Made by a program: the position numbers and the translations under genes. From Dudresnaya verticillata (taxonomy: Eukaryota): a DNA stretch of 64,000 nucleotides. Positions 22,365 through 35,998 of the stretch are shown piece by piece (the first letter of the stretch is position 1; the number at the start of each line of letters is the position of its first letter). The DNA is taken from NCBI GenBank assembly GCA_977862235.1, contig OZ374564.1, forward strand, positions 2,480,001 to 2,544,000. Direction: 5' to 3'. Below the pieces are notes generated by a model. The model searched no databases. It was not told the origin of the DNA and saw only the letters and a program-made list of their open reading frames with translations.

Positions 22365-24149
22365 CACTGTTGCACGTGGCGACAACCTTGAAGGTGGCCA
22401 CCGGCTTCGTACTATAATTGTGGCAATGCCCTAAAATGATAAGTAGAAATTTCTTAGATGACACAGGGCCAACCGACTTCTGGTTCTGGGACTAAGCTGT
22501 AGGTCTAGGCCATGTGGGCTTGGCGTTTGGTCTTCTTGACGCGGTAAACTCCAACTAGCATGCGGGCATTGGTGTGAGCGGCCGTTTCATTACTTCCAGA
22601 TAATCCTCATGAGTAACTACAGTGTACTATACTGACTCAGCTAGGTCCGGTTTAACGGTCTATCTACAAGAGATAATAATCTCTTACCAGTATGTTCCAG
22701 TACTCACTTTATTGATCAGAAATTTAGAAGCCCGCCCCGTAAGGGGCTTAGCAAGGACCCTGCTCTAGGCGACTGTGGGCCAACTTATGCTGGTTAACAG
22801 CCACAATGACGCACTTTAGAACTAACTATGTGAGGCGAGTGAACACGGCTAACCTCTCGGCAGTGGGGCGAGGTTTTCTTCCCAGTGAGGGCAATTTTTT
22901 TACATATCGATTAAAGTCGTCCTGTGTGGACAACAGGGCCCCATTTACAGGCACACTGATACCATGCACGATTATTTCCGAACTGAGGAAGAATGGGAAA
23001 GAGATTGCGAGGTCAGGCCGGCGGGAAGTGTTTATTGCGACTGTTGGAAAAATTGGAATCATTCTGTTATGTAACGATGAGCATAGTTACAAGAGAAGAA
23101 CAGCCATTATTTGGCCATTAATATACACGTATTTGCAGCTCACCTCAATTGTGTATCTTTATTACGTCTTTCCAACATGTTGGTTCCGTCCGCCGGGGCC
23201 CTTGTTCGGCCTAGGGGGAATGAAATGATGTTTACCACCTCAAATACGGCATGTACATTCTATACGAGTTTAGTAAGATTCACAGAATATTGTTAACAGT
23301 TCCTGTATGCATATCCATGTAATGTTCCAATCGTTGTTTCTGACAGACAGTTTCAAGGCTACGTATAATCTGGTAAAGAAGACAATTTTCTGTTCTAATC
23401 AACCTCACGTATCGTATGCGACTGTATGCTACTGTACTGCATAATTTTGCATAGTGTCTTGCAAGGGTCATTCTCCGGCAGGTATTGGGCTCTCGTAAGC
23501 TATCACAAAGTTTGGAAATAACCACACCGATAGATTCTATTCCTGAAGCTATATTTGTAGAAATAGAATTTACCACATCGGATAGACATGCTCTTAGTGG
23601 GTTTGCGTCATCTCACACTATTTCTTAAGCACTCTTGTCTCCTCAAACAGTAAGGGCAGACAGGCAAGACTACAAAAGTATCAAGCATCAGGTGTTTTGT
23701 TTACGAAAGCCCTGGCATTCGGCTGCGCAAAGCTCCCCAAAAGGAGAAAACTTTACTACATATATTCTCAGCAACATCCCTCTTGCAACAGTGGTGTAAG
23801 ATCCAGATCCCATGTTGGCAAATAGGCGATGTTCTTAAGGGTCTCTGGTCTTCTGCATCTCATGGAAGCCCAGACCAGTCCAAAATTCCGATTAATACTC
23901 AGAGGAAAATACTTTATTGCATAGAATCAACGGTTCACTGACCCGTGCTCACTACTCACTGGGCGATGTGCGAGAAGCTGGGCCGTACTGCAGGCCTTTG
24001 CACCTTTGACTTCTCCAACAAGTTCTAGCCTTTTCTTTCTAGTCTAACAGCCATATGCCAGTGTCTAGGGCTCATTTGAGACCCATCGAATATCTCTGTC
24101 ATTAGTTTAGGTCAAATAGCCCCATGCTCTCCGTGATGCCCTGCAGGTT

Positions 24150-25550
24150 CGCCAACACTGGACTCAAAGCACCGGAAAGACCTTGTCCATCCGAAAATGT
24201 ACTGTGATGTTACAAGTCGTCGCGGCGGCCGCGCAAACCCTCTGGCACCAATCCACACCGAGATATCTCGGTGTTCGTATCTCCCCCTCTGGGGCTGAAA
24301 CGTCTACAATCATTTTACGTCTCACCTCCCGCCAAGAAAGTTTTGCACTACCTCACATTCATGGCATTCCTGTCAGATAAGATTCCACCAAAAACTGCAA
24401 CATTCATGTTCATGGCATTTATCCACCCCCTCTACGAACATCGCAGGGCGCTTGTGCTCTACATTGCACTGGTCTTGCGAGCTATCGATGGCTTGCACGC
24501 AGACTTCTTCCGCGTGATAATCTCACAGCGGTCGCCCCTGATGCCTCAAACCCGTCTATGTAAGCTCCGCACCCTCTTCCAGATGGAAACCCCGACACTG
24601 CGGTAGCGGGCACTGCAGAACAAACTTGGTGCCAATTTTGTATCGCCTGGTAAGAACACCCGGCTCCCGTACATTCTGGCAGGCCCCAAGACACTCCAGG
24701 CCCTCCCCAAAAATCCCTACCCCTTCTCTTCAACGCGTCTTGCAACACCCGTTCTCCCACGCCCAAGTTGTTGCTGGCAATTACAAGGTGTGGAAAGCTG
24801 CGCTTGCGAGTTGCCGCCCTGCACCTGTTTCACACCCAAACTCCCTTCCGCCAGCGCTGCTCCTCCCTGACTACCACGATCGGCTCCTTGCCATCCGTTG
24901 GCACCTTTGCCCCTTTCCTACCCCACCACGCGGCCCTCCGCTCGCAGTCACCGGCTCTTTTTAAGTTGTCAAAAGCCAACCCGACCAAGGCTGATCTTTC
25001 TGCTATCTCGACGACGAGCCGTGTCATTCGTGATCTCTGCGCGACTGCTTTCCCGTTCCCCTGGTTCCTGTCGCCCCCCTCCTCCCGCTCCCCGCCCCGG
25101 TAACATCCCCTGCCGTGTGCTCTCTAACGATACTAAGGAACTCTACTTTGGCCCTTTGGGCTGGTGTACCTGCTAATGGGCCCTTGTCGCCGGCGTAGCG
25201 CGTAGGACCACCTTAGACAACCCATTAAAACTGAATCGCGGACCCCCCCCCCGTACGGCGAACTTCAGCTGCAACCACTCGACGACTTCTTACGACGCTC
25301 TTCTACCTGTCCGAGCAAAATTCTCGAAAGCTCTTACCACCATTAGCCACGCCATCACACGATCTGCCGCATTGCCTATATATCACATCCACCCTCCCAG
25401 AGCCTGTCCTACGTTCCATATCAGAGGGTCTATATAGCTATTCTCGGGTCTGGCTCTTCCGTCTGGGCCCCAGACACCAGACCAGCTATATTGAGCCCTA
25501 GTGTGACACACCTAGTATCCTCATCTTCGGAATCCTAATAGCTTCATTTT
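24150..25550 (+). mobile_element. Highly eroded DIRS-like (tyrosine recombinase) retroelement remnant
   Basis: Fragments in the expected order: RNaseH-like KMYCD, methyltransferase-like AIDGLHADF...LCKLR, and YR-like GNYKVWKAALASC and IRDLCATAFPFPWFL. Recognised by eye only. Confidence 0.3.
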
Positions 25551-26599
25551 CTTCGGGTCTCAAGTTGCGGCCTGGGACTCTGCCGAATCCAAATCCAGAA
25601 CGATAAGCGATATGCATACAATTAAACATTCATATATGTTTTACCGGTTCTATTGCGTTACTCGACTTTACGTGAGTTGGCTCGCATACCTGTTCGTTCT
25701 TGGGTATAAATGCCTTTCTTTTTACCAGATTACTCAGATTCAGCTCTACTTATACTCACAGCCAGCTGGTTCTCTATCAACCTAGGTTGTCGATTCCAAT
25801 GTAGTGTGTGTAACAGTAGCTGACATTGTCAAAAGCGAACAGTTAATGGTAGCCGCAAAGTACAACATAGCATATCTTATCTGTTTAGAGAAATTTGCTT
25901 GCCCGATTCATCAGCTCGATCTCCTTATCTGACTTCCGTAGCTGTACGGCTTATCCAACAATAATTCAGGATTCATGTTGCTTTCTAACCTTCATAAAGC
26001 CTTTGAGTTTTTCCTTTTTTATTATGCCTTCTTCCTTTATGCAATACCTGATGCACATTCTGCTTCTAGCCATCGCTTGATATTGGGAGCTGTTATCTAT
26101 TTCATCCCTCCCCATATTTCCCCAACAACGCTCCGTCCAGTTGCTGCTCCACTGCGTTCTTTTGCTGTTTTGAATTTGGTGCAGTGCCTGTTAACCGCGC
26201 CGCGCTCGCACATGGGCCATCCCGCCCGGTAGTGCCCAGGGTGGCCGGTGCAGCGCGCATCTGTGCACGATCGGGCCAACGCACGGCTAGTATTCGCCAT
26301 TGACAATAAAAAGCCTATTCATGTGAAAGCCCCTGGGCCGTCAAGACTCTCGCTCTATCAGCCCCTCTGGATCACAATCCGTACGGTCCCGCACTCCGGT
26401 TGGAGCTGCATATTTTGGTGCGCCTATCTGGGCGTTGTATCATTTTCATTTCCTGCTTCTTTTGTAGATGGCTGAGCCTCAAACTCAACTCATGCCTGGC
26501 TCACACTGTATAAATTGCAGTGCATTCTTTAGTCTGGGAGCTCACTCGGCTATGTAAAAAATAATACTTGATGTGCTTTGTTCTTCTGACTACTGCTCG

Positions 26600-27229
26600 A
26601 CATTAGGGGCCGTTTTGCATTCGCGGAAAATGGAACGGAAGTGGACTGGAACAGACATGCTTGTCCTCCTATCAAAGTTATTGGCCCTAGTTTTCATCGC
26701 TTCCTTCGTTCTTAACTTGACTGCAGTTTTGGATACTATTGCAGTATCTTAGAGCATGCTCGAGGTCGCTATGCATCGCAAAAACTGTCCTTCGTCTGTT
26801 CTTTGCAAATGACTCCGACACAAGTAGGCACAGTCACCAAACCGTATTCACAGTCTTGGCATCAGAATTGGCTACGAGATAGTGTTCTAAAGCCATCACT
26901 CTACATCACTGAATACAGAGTCATAGTATGGTATGATGATATCATGATACAGAAAGAGGAATAGTTATGATAAAGACTAGTACGACTGCATGGTTTCAAA
27001 TTGTCAAGTGGAGTTCAAAGGAGCGAAAGAGGCAACTCAGCTTGAAATGTTATGCCGATCTACTAAGCATAGTGACGTAAAACTACATACGCCAGAACGT
27101 TATCGACGTTGCTCTGCTACGTTTGGAGAGAAGAAATTAACAGTTTGCAATCGCTCTCACGACAAACACGGGTGCAGCACGAAAACTCGTAGGCTTCGAG
27201 CAAAGTCGAGAGAGCATGATCGATACTGA
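26600..27229 (+). mobile_element. Eroded Ty1/Copia RNase H remnant
   Basis: VEFKGAKEA...RSTKHSDVKLH resembles the Copia EDNQGAI...RTKHIDVKYH motif. Confidence 0.5.
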
Positions 27230-27627
27230 CAACTCCGCGATCCTCCTTCTCCTGCATCAACAAGGCCCCTCTTCAACACAAACGTCTCGGCTCTCCATCA
27301 CACTTCGCATTCTTTAGTACACAGATACTGTTTGGGAAAGGAAACGGTAGAAAATTGGGTATATTATGCTCCAGTAATGGAGAAGTGTTGCTACCTGGAA
27401 GTTCCTTTTAGAGATTTATTACTACGGCGGGTTGGTTCCTTGAGATTGACTCTAGCTTACAGAAGGGAGAGATCACATCACCATCTGATGGAGCATCACT
27501 GCAAAGTACTGGAGTTCTCCTTTCTGAATAAAGTTCCCCGTCTGCCTATTACAGGGTAGCGAATAAGCCGAGCATCTCAGAGGGTGTCATTCCAACGTTT
27601 CATCATTGGCAGACCTGGTCTGCTCGC

Positions 27628-27951
27628 TTAGTTGCTGCAATAGCCAGAGCAGGTCCTCCTTCGAGTAGAATAGAAACAGCTCAACGGTCCTAAGTTAGAA
27701 TTGGTCCACCCTCCCTTAAGGCAGCATCTGCGTCTCCCAAATATATTCGTCTTGTACTCATAACACGCTGGCCTGCCATTGTCTCTGCGTGTCTTGCTCT
27801 TGGTCCTCCTGCCAAATACCCTCCTTATCTTGATAATGGCCTTCTGGCCAGGTAGGCAGCATTTTGTACTTGTACTGCCCTCGGAGGTTTGGGGCAGCGC
27901 CAGTTGGACGATCAGCAGGAGTAGAACTGCGACAGCTTTCATTGCCACCAT
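27628..27951 (-). CDS. Small secreted, cationic, 8-cysteine peptide
   Basis: Hydrophobic leader MKAVAVLLLLIVQLALP; mature region R/K-rich with CC..C..CC..C..C..C; TATA-like element upstream. Confidence 0.75.
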   Translation of the reverse strand: MVAMKAVAVLLLLIVQLALPQTSEGSTSTKCCLPGQKAIIKIRRVFGRRTKSKTRRDNGRPACYEYKTNIFGRRRCCLKGGWTNSNLGPLSCFYSTRRRTCSGYCSN

Positions 27952-28090
27952 TTTGGCAAGGAGATAGTGAACAAGGCCCGCTTGCGTTTGATACTTCTAT
28001 TGAAACGGCCTGAGTGACCTTCAGAACGGTGGCAGCACGTTTTGCTTGGGGAAATGTCAGGGCCTTCAGAATAAGATGCGTGTGCTTGAG

Positions 28091-28100
28091 CTTATATACA
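28091..28100 (-). promoter_or_regulatory. Candidate TATA box of the 27951 gene
   Basis: Minus strand TGTATATAAG, ~140 nt upstream of the ATG. Confidence 0.4.
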
Positions 28101-28799
28101 GTTCACCAGTGCGACCTCGTTGTATTGCGTCCGTATCTATTGTCTTGAAGGCGAGAGGACGAAAAATATCACAGCTAGCCCTTGGCAAAGAGTGGAGCAG
28201 CTACAAATGGAAGAACTGAAGCTACTCCTGTCTTTTGAAAGTTGGTGGCGGATTGCGGCCCATGCCCGCTTCCACTTACATTATTTGAGAAGCACGTAGA
28301 GTAAGTGCTTGAAAAGTTTCGTGCCAGGGAAGGAGGAACCTACATGTCGTTGACGGGTCCTGGTCTCAAATAAGGAACCCACACTCCATAAATAGGAAGA
28401 TCGGGTATCGCTGTTGTCAGTAGAACGTATTGCGATTCAGCGCTGGGTTCGCTGCAACATGGTCCTTGATATCTAGCCCCCCCCTCTTGGAAATCACGAA
28501 TCATTAATGAAGGAGATCGTATATTCAAGACTACAGACTAACCGTGTATTAGTGCTGTAATGAAGAGGGTATAAAGCAGGCGGGGAAGTACTTTGCGATG
28601 ATTATCGCCAACAGCAACGCACAGTAGAACCAGGGTAGTGGCTCATTGCTACTAGGAACAACCTTTATTTTCTTCTAAAAGCAGCAAACCTGGGACAAGG
28701 TCTAACTACCAGGAAGCATTGCAGGAGGAGGGGATAGGGTGCGGCGATTCACGCTAACTGCAACACATTGAAGAACGAGCGTAGTAAGAGACAATAATA

Positions 28800-29400
28800 G
28801 AGCAAACTTCTTAGCGATGTGGGAGGTCCCTTTCTTGACAGCAATGTAGTCAGCGAGCGACACTGAATACCGGTGGCAAAACCGACTCCAATACGGCCGT
28901 ATACATCAATAACCATAGCATGCAAATCCATGCCTAGGCTTCCACGCACACGCCTGACCGGTGCACGTTAGGCTATAGCTTGACCGGGCGCTCTCGTTAG
29001 GCTATAGCTTGACCGGGCGCTCTATCAGTGCTACGGTGAAGAGAATGAGGACTGATAATGGAGACATCGAAACCTTGTTGACGAGGTGCAAAAGCTAGCG
29101 TTATCGAGATATAAATCCATGCGGAGATATTTACGTCGAGGAACAGGCTCTCCAGAATGTAATCGAGCAAGGTGCCGATCATCACGAGCACATTCGAGCG
29201 AAGTTCGATTAGATGCTTGCACTGGGTTTCCAACACGATGTTCGTCAGCATAATCAAAGTGGTGCTCAATCGCAACTGTAACCCCATTCTGACCGGCAAT
29301 GTTTTTAAAGAATGAAGTCAACCGATCTCGAAGAAGGTTTTGAATTATGACTCACTCCTACTAGTGAGGGCATTTCGAAAGTAACGAACATAGCATGAGC
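28800..29400 (-). mobile_element. Remnant of a non-LTR retrotransposon 3' end with restriction-like endonuclease (CRE/R2-type)
   Basis: QNLLRDRLTSFF..AIE, RMDLYL...FDVSIISP and LHAMVIDVYGRIG occur in RLE order. A 30-bp tandem duplication lies at 28966-29025. Confidence 0.45.
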
Positions 29401-29811
29401 AGACACGAAAGATGCACTGCAGTATCCTCTTTGAAAGAAGGGAAGGAACATATGTCACCGCGTAAACTTTTAAGGAGACACATCTAGCTAGCCTGCAGAA
29501 GCCAGTATAGCCGATTTAGAATACAACACGTAAATGCAGCAAAACTTGATGCTCCAGTGCCGAGTTTTCGCAATACAGCACTGTAAATCACTCAAGTGGA
29601 ACCGAAATCGGAATGCCAAAATCCATGACTGTAAGATACGCAAAATAATGGTCGCACTCGTCCGGAAATACCGCTTTGAACGTGAGCACTCACCTTCTCC
29701 ATCGTTGCCCGCGTGGCGCACGGTGTCCTCCTGCCTGTACCCCCAATATCCGCGCTGACGGAGCTGTCGGTCCAAGTGTGCCTCGACCGCACCCGTTCCT
29801 CTCGAACGAAC

Positions 29812-31924
29812 ATGACGCGCGTCTTCGAGAAACAAATCCCTCCAGCGGGCGCCGCCGCCGCCGCATCATCAGCTCCCTCCTCCAACTCCCGCGTGGGCGC
29901 TCTCATCGTCGCTACCTTCCTGATCTCGGCGCTTCTCTCCCACGTCGCGACAGTCAACCTCCCACATTTGCGAGCCCTAGGCAACTCCAGCACCACGATC
30001 GCCACCGCCCCGGCCGCCGCCGCCGCCGCCGCCACCCCAATCGCCGCGCCGCCCCCTCTTCCACCGCGCTTGTCAACCGCCGGCCGTCGCGCGAAACGCC
30101 TCGCAACCTCGTGGCTGCGCCATTTGCGCGCCTCCTCCCCCTCCGGCCGCATCGCCACTACGCGCATCGGCTGCCGTGAGTACGAGGCTGGCGCACAGAG
30201 CTGCGTCTATGAGGGCTTCATCTGCATCAACGTCTCGCGAGATAGCCCGTCTGGCCGCCCTGAGGTCTACTTCGTCGACGACACCAAGGAAGACTTTGAC
30301 CAAGTCCCGTCGGATAACTGGTGCCACTTGCGCCACCAGTCCGCAGATCCGAGGTACTACGCCACCCGCCAATGGCCCATTCTGAACTACACCGTCGCCC
30401 CGCGTACCTCCTGTCTCAACGCCTTCTATCGCACAAAGAAAAGCTTGCTCGGACGTTCCCTGGATAGGCCACAGGGTGCTGATTGGACCAATGAACAGCT
30501 ATTGCGCCGGCAAAAAGTCAAGTGGGTTGACGATGCCTGGCTCGTTGACCTCGACTATGCCGATAACAATCACAACAACCATCTCTTGATGGACATAATC
30601 TGGTTCCTTGATGTAGTCTTGTGGCAGGCTGCCGTCGACTTGAACCCAAGGCCGGGCTTGGCCGATCCGAAGAGCCCTTTCAATGACACCACAGGGCATT
30701 TGTTTGCGCTGTCCATGCCGCGCGCATACTTGCCGCAGAGCGAAGCGCAGTTTAACGCACAGACATCACGAGATATTAACAGGCTTGTATACGCACTCGT
30801 CCTGCAGCTCAACCTGTCGCGGCTTTACCCAGACCTCACAAAGCAGCAGCTCCAAAAGCCGCAAGACGAACAGCGCCTTGCCACACCGTTGCTTGAAGCC
30901 TATCCAGAGCTCAAGCAGAGCGAGCGCCTCACGTTCCATACTGACATTCGAAGAGATAACACCACCAATCTTGTTTGCATGCCACGCTTCACTGTCGGAG
31001 CAAAGATCGGAAACGGTGCACATGAGCGCGTTTGCAGATATATGCGTCGTCGCAGTTATGAGCTGTATGGTATCCCTGAGCTACCCATGACCAGCGTGGG
31101 CCAGATATACTATCCGCAGCCTCCGAAAAGGATTGTCATCTTGCAGCGGCACATTTCTAGAGGTATCGAAAACTTGGATGGTCTCGAGAAGGCCCTTCAC
31201 AATGCGTTTGACAAGTACGAAGTCGAGATCGAAGTAATCCCTACGGACAAGGTTCAGACCGCAGAAGAGCACGTCCGGGTTTTCTCTCGAGCTGGAGTTC
31301 TCCTCACGTCCCACGGTTCCCAGTCAATGGGGCTCATATGGATGCCGCGACACAGGTGCGTCCTCGGTTCTGGTGTGCCTCCAGCGTCCACTGCTGGCAC
31401 TGTGCTTCAAGATTTGCATTATGCCATCCTGCCAACGTTGTATTCCTCTCTTTGCTTGCTAACATGCTTTCCGCATTTCTTGTGTTCCAATATCTGCGCT
31501 ATGTCGTCGTGCACGCAGTGCCATCATAGAGGTGATGAATGTTGGCTATACTGACTATGCCTTCAACTTGCTGTCAGAGAGCTGCAAGGTGTGGTACTAC
31601 GAGCTGCAGAGCTTGCGGCTTCCAGGTAAGTTGGGGTTTCAATAGCCCGAGAGTTTTGAAATGCCCTACTTGTCAAAGCGTCATCCATTGCTCTAACCAT
31701 TTTAAGAACCTCCGTCATAACATTCGTGGTGTCCAGGAAAACCCAAGAAGTTTTACACGGAGAACTGCAAGTACAAGGTTCCACATACTCTCAACCCTTG
31801 CAACGCAGTCAAGGGTGAAAAAGTAGTTGTGGATATCCCGGACGCTGTCAAGACGATAACCCTTGCCCTCGAACGCATGGGTTACGATGTCGGGGCGTGG
31901 CAGAAGACGATGAAGAACGGCTAG
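29812..31924 (+). CDS. Type II membrane glycosyltransferase, GT61/DUF563-like; exons 29812-31355, 31519-31625, 31737-31924
   Basis: N-terminal TM segment plus P/A stem; NHNNHLLMD and VFSRAGVLLTSHGSQSMGLIWMPRH|SAIIEV motifs. Introns GTGCGT..CTAAC..CAG and GTAAGT..CTAAC..CAG restore the frame to TAG 31922-31924. Confidence 0.88.
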
Positions 31925-34299
31925 CCCATTCGAGCGCAATAACGAGATTGCTTCGTGTCGGCGACGATATGCCTCTTTTGGGTCTGGAAGCCCAGGTATT
32001 CTACAGTAGGTTGGTCGACCTGACACGAGCCCATGACGAGGACAGCTAGCCAAGTCCGGAAAGCACCAGTGCTCACGGCGAGGACTCGCGCCCAGGAGAA
32101 GCATGGCTTTGCGAGGGTAGCACGAAAGCATCAGAGCGGTGACGTAAGACCGTCTCGTCCTTCCTCTGCTGCTGCAGGACAGAGCCTGAACAGGTGCTCA
32201 AGGCATTGCATCCCTTGGACGATGGTCACCGTTATGGGTTTGTAGTGCACATTATGCAGATTGCAGGAATCGGTGCTGAATGTATTCGGCGGGAAGGGTG
32301 AAGCTGCGATGCACCTGCGAAAGAATCGTGACACAAACGCTGAAAGCAATAACTTAATCCGTCCAAGACCTCCTTGGTGAACCGCACCGATATTCACGGC
32401 CTTCCTTTGAGTGAGGCGATGCACGTGGATGGCTATGTGCACACAGCTTAAGCCTGACATAGCGGGGCTGCTCGCGCCCGACGGCAGCGGTCGGCGACAT
32501 GCCAACAATTGCGAACGTGGCCACGTTGCTTTCAGGCCTCGATTGGCAATGTAGCCGGAGGTAGCACAGCGCGACCCCGAGCCACATCTGCTAGCGCGAC
32601 AAAGACGTTCTGGGCTTGGTCGAGCTGTATGAAATAGTCGTTGTCAACTTTGTCAAGCAGGCTTACCGAGGCCAGCGACTATGGACTCGTGAGTCACATG
32701 AGGAGCAGGCGACCGGCGAGCGCGTGGGCGAGGCGCGAGATGGCCGGCGCTGGCGGCGGCATGTCGAGTAGCGCGACGCGGGTGGCGTCATGTGGCAAGC
32801 AGCGGGTAGAGCGCAGCGTAGACGGGGACTGGGCTCTCCAGCGCGCTGACACCGAGATTTGGCAATCTTGGATTCGGCTTGGACGTAGACGCGGGTCGAG
32901 GGAGGTGCTGGTGCTGCTGCTGCCGGCGCGGGCGAGGGCCGCGTTTGTAGAAGCAGCGCAAGCGTTGCAGCATGATGCGCGCTTGGAAGCAATGGTAGAT
33001 CGGGCGTGTGGGCGGGGGGACGGGCAGCCGACCGGGCGGTCGGGTGCCCGGGGTGCGGCGGCCGCGGCAGCGAGTGGGCCGCGGGTGCGTGGCAGTGCAG
33101 TCTGAGACCCGAGAACAATTTTGATAACTCAACTGTCGGCCTTGGGGCTTCCTGCGCAGGTGGAAGGGAATACTGTGCACGGCGCCAAGTGTAACGCTCC
33201 GTAACGCGTAACGCTTCAGCAAAGGAGCGGACTGTAATGCTCGGGCTGAACGCTGAAGGCGTGCGGTTGGAGGTGGACGTGCCTCCCGCGCACGACTCGT
33301 TGATGCTTTTGATTTTGTCATTTTGTCGAGTTGCGGCTGCTGTGAGGCGTGCCAGCAGATAACGTTGTTTGGATCCGGCTGCACAGCAGCGCACGGAGTG
33401 CCCACTGTAGGAATTTATCATACATTGTCGTACGCGCCGGCACGTCGGCCAAGCACCGTACTTCCGTCAGTGGCCTTGGCGGGTCGCCAACGTCGATTTC
33501 GTCTGGATTCAGCGCAATACGAACGGTTCCGTATTGTACTTTTCCTTTATATTTGAGAGCATTTGTCTTTGGCGCGTGCCTTAGATTTAATGGTATTTTA
33601 GGATGTCAGTTATGTCAGGGGGACCAAACCGAATATCACGTGCACTTTGGGGACGGTGCCGAGTAAAGATACTGCACTACTCACATGTTCGGCGCCGAAC
33701 TTGATCCGTTGATTGCACCTCAACCTAAAGTACTGTACCCTTGTTGCACGCCAATAGCGGATTTCTTCGTCGGTGTCCAAGCCCAATTGACATCGGCCTA
33801 TCTCCCCGCGATGACACCGTGTACCGTGTGCGCATATGCGCTGTGCGAATCTGAACAGCATCCACACGCCAGATTGCTTGATGATTGCCCTCACCGAGAT
33901 ATGCAACGCCAATACAGCTGAAATGCCGGTGCCAGACATACAGCCCTGCGCCGACCAAATTTGTCCAGCAAACACTTCGAAGACTATCTGCAAGCAACAA
34001 GCCGCTCACAGCGCCAGGATGTGTGAGCCTGCCCACTCCACTTTTTTTGCCCGCTGCCCCTAGTCACCCTTTCCCTTTAGAAAGTCTGTTCCGCGTCTCC
34101 AAACTTGATTCGTCTGCTGCTGTCGTCTCCTTGCAAACTGCAGAGATCGCTCTACACTCCACGACAGTAGCCTGTTTTACCCAGAGACAAAACTACCGAC
34201 AGCTCTATGTCAGAAATGGCGCATGTTCCAGGACTGTAGAGATACCAGTACAAGTAAAATCTCGACCCAACCATGTCCGGGAGACAGACATGCCCTTAG

Positions 34300-35150
34300 A
34301 CATCCTTTGCAAACTGATGTGTGTCCCAAAGCTCCATTTGCTGCATCAGTTTGTGTACAATTTGCCCATCCCGTGTGCACATTGTTTGTACGTAACATCT
34401 TTGCCTCGCCTTCGACAGAATTGTGGTAATACTGTAAAACTGTATGTAAAGTTTAAATGCATCCCACTTGAACACCTCAGACTCTGTGAACGCCTTCTGC
34501 AAGGCAAACACGAACAAACACGATCTCTGTGGTGTTAGCACAGGCCGACGGGCTTTCGGAGCAGCGCACGGATCGAGTCCTGTCTACATTGTAGATTCTG
34601 CGTCCGCACAAACGACCCAGATTAGTAAATAACAATGATGTACAATATGGTAAGTTGCGATGCACCCACACATCCTCTACCGTCATCTTGGTGACATCCG
34701 TCCTTCCACTTCAAGAGTAGGCGCTTTAGCGAATAGAGTCGGTTTTAGGAATTCACTCCCAATCAATTTTGTTCGTCCTTGTCTGCCGACATCCTCCCCG
34801 CGGGGCCGGAGAAGCTTCGCCCGAAAGGACCATCAACAGTAGCGATGCCTTTTGTACAGCCTTGTGATTTATGCAAGACTTTCTGTTACAGTTACACCTT
34901 CTCCCTTATCGACTATCCGCAAAATATCTCTTGTTCATGTGTTACGTGTTCCCAGAAGGATGAGGACGTGAGGCTACCAACTGTTTCAAATAATCATCCT
35001 AGGATATAAGATAGACTCTTCATCCTATGGTGATGGACATCTATGGTGCCATTGGTTCTGGATTCGATCGAGGCTCTCAGCGCGCGGCGAATTTCCGAGC
35101 TACTACGAAGGGTACTTCGCCGAGAGCTGAGAAACGCTCTCTTCTACCCC
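34300..35150 (+). mobile_element. Second eroded RLE-LINE-like remnant
   Basis: LHPMVMDIYGAIGSGFDRGSQ at ~35020 matches the 28900 motif; Cys/His-rich stretch upstream. Confidence 0.3.
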
Positions 35151-35998
35151 ACCTCACCTCTCTTGTGCTTCTATCTCTCGCGGTGGCTGTTAACCGCCGT
35201 TCACTCTTCGACCGTCGCCTTTCACACGAGTTTTAGTTAGGCCCCCTTACGGGGATGTAGTCTTTCCTATGCATAAAGGTCTCCATCTCATTCAAATAAA
35301 GTTCCCAAATCTGAAACCCTCGGAAGCCATTTAAGGAGGGCAAAGCCTGCTGTCGTCACTCTTTTCAAATCACATCATTCTGACTCAAGCAAGTGCAATC
35401 GATCATAACACTTCCCCGCATTCCGAAATGAAATCGTATTCGTGGCACCAAGAGACAAGGGTGTTATACCTTTCATCCCGATCCATCTACGGCGCGCTCA
35501 CAGCATTCCTGAACTCGAGCGTATCGAGATGTACACTAGAAGAGGTACTAATATCGTTGCAATTACGGTGTCATGGCAACGATACAATTCTTCTTTTCAC
35601 TGATGTGCACCCCTATCAAAGAGAATAGATAGCTTCCACCCCAAGATGAGAAACCCAGTATAGGTAGGACACAGTCACACACACACAGACACACAGGATA
35701 TGTCTGTTCTTGCTTGATAGCTGGCTTCTGAATCGAGTCTCGATCTTTTTGGCAGGACACATTCGTGAAGACACCGAGAGGGACTAGGACTGGCAGGGCC
35801 CGAGGCAGAGTCCACGGGACCTACAGTATCAAGAATTGTCGTCCCACCGTATATAATCAAACGTTTTCCCACCTGCGAGCTCCTCAAAACAAGATCACCG
35901 CATCTTTGGGAAGCAACAGAAAGAGTATCGCCGAAGACCAACCAGCTACGCATCGTCTTCCCGCTCTCAACACTGAAAGCCTAACTCTCGATAGCAAT

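Noticed and set aside
29713..29811. N-terminal extensions of the 613-aa, 273-aa (35765) and 330-aa (37557) ORFs
   Set aside because: They use GTG starts or non-protein-like leaders. Downstream ATGs (29812, 35999, 37743) give proper TM, signal or family starts.
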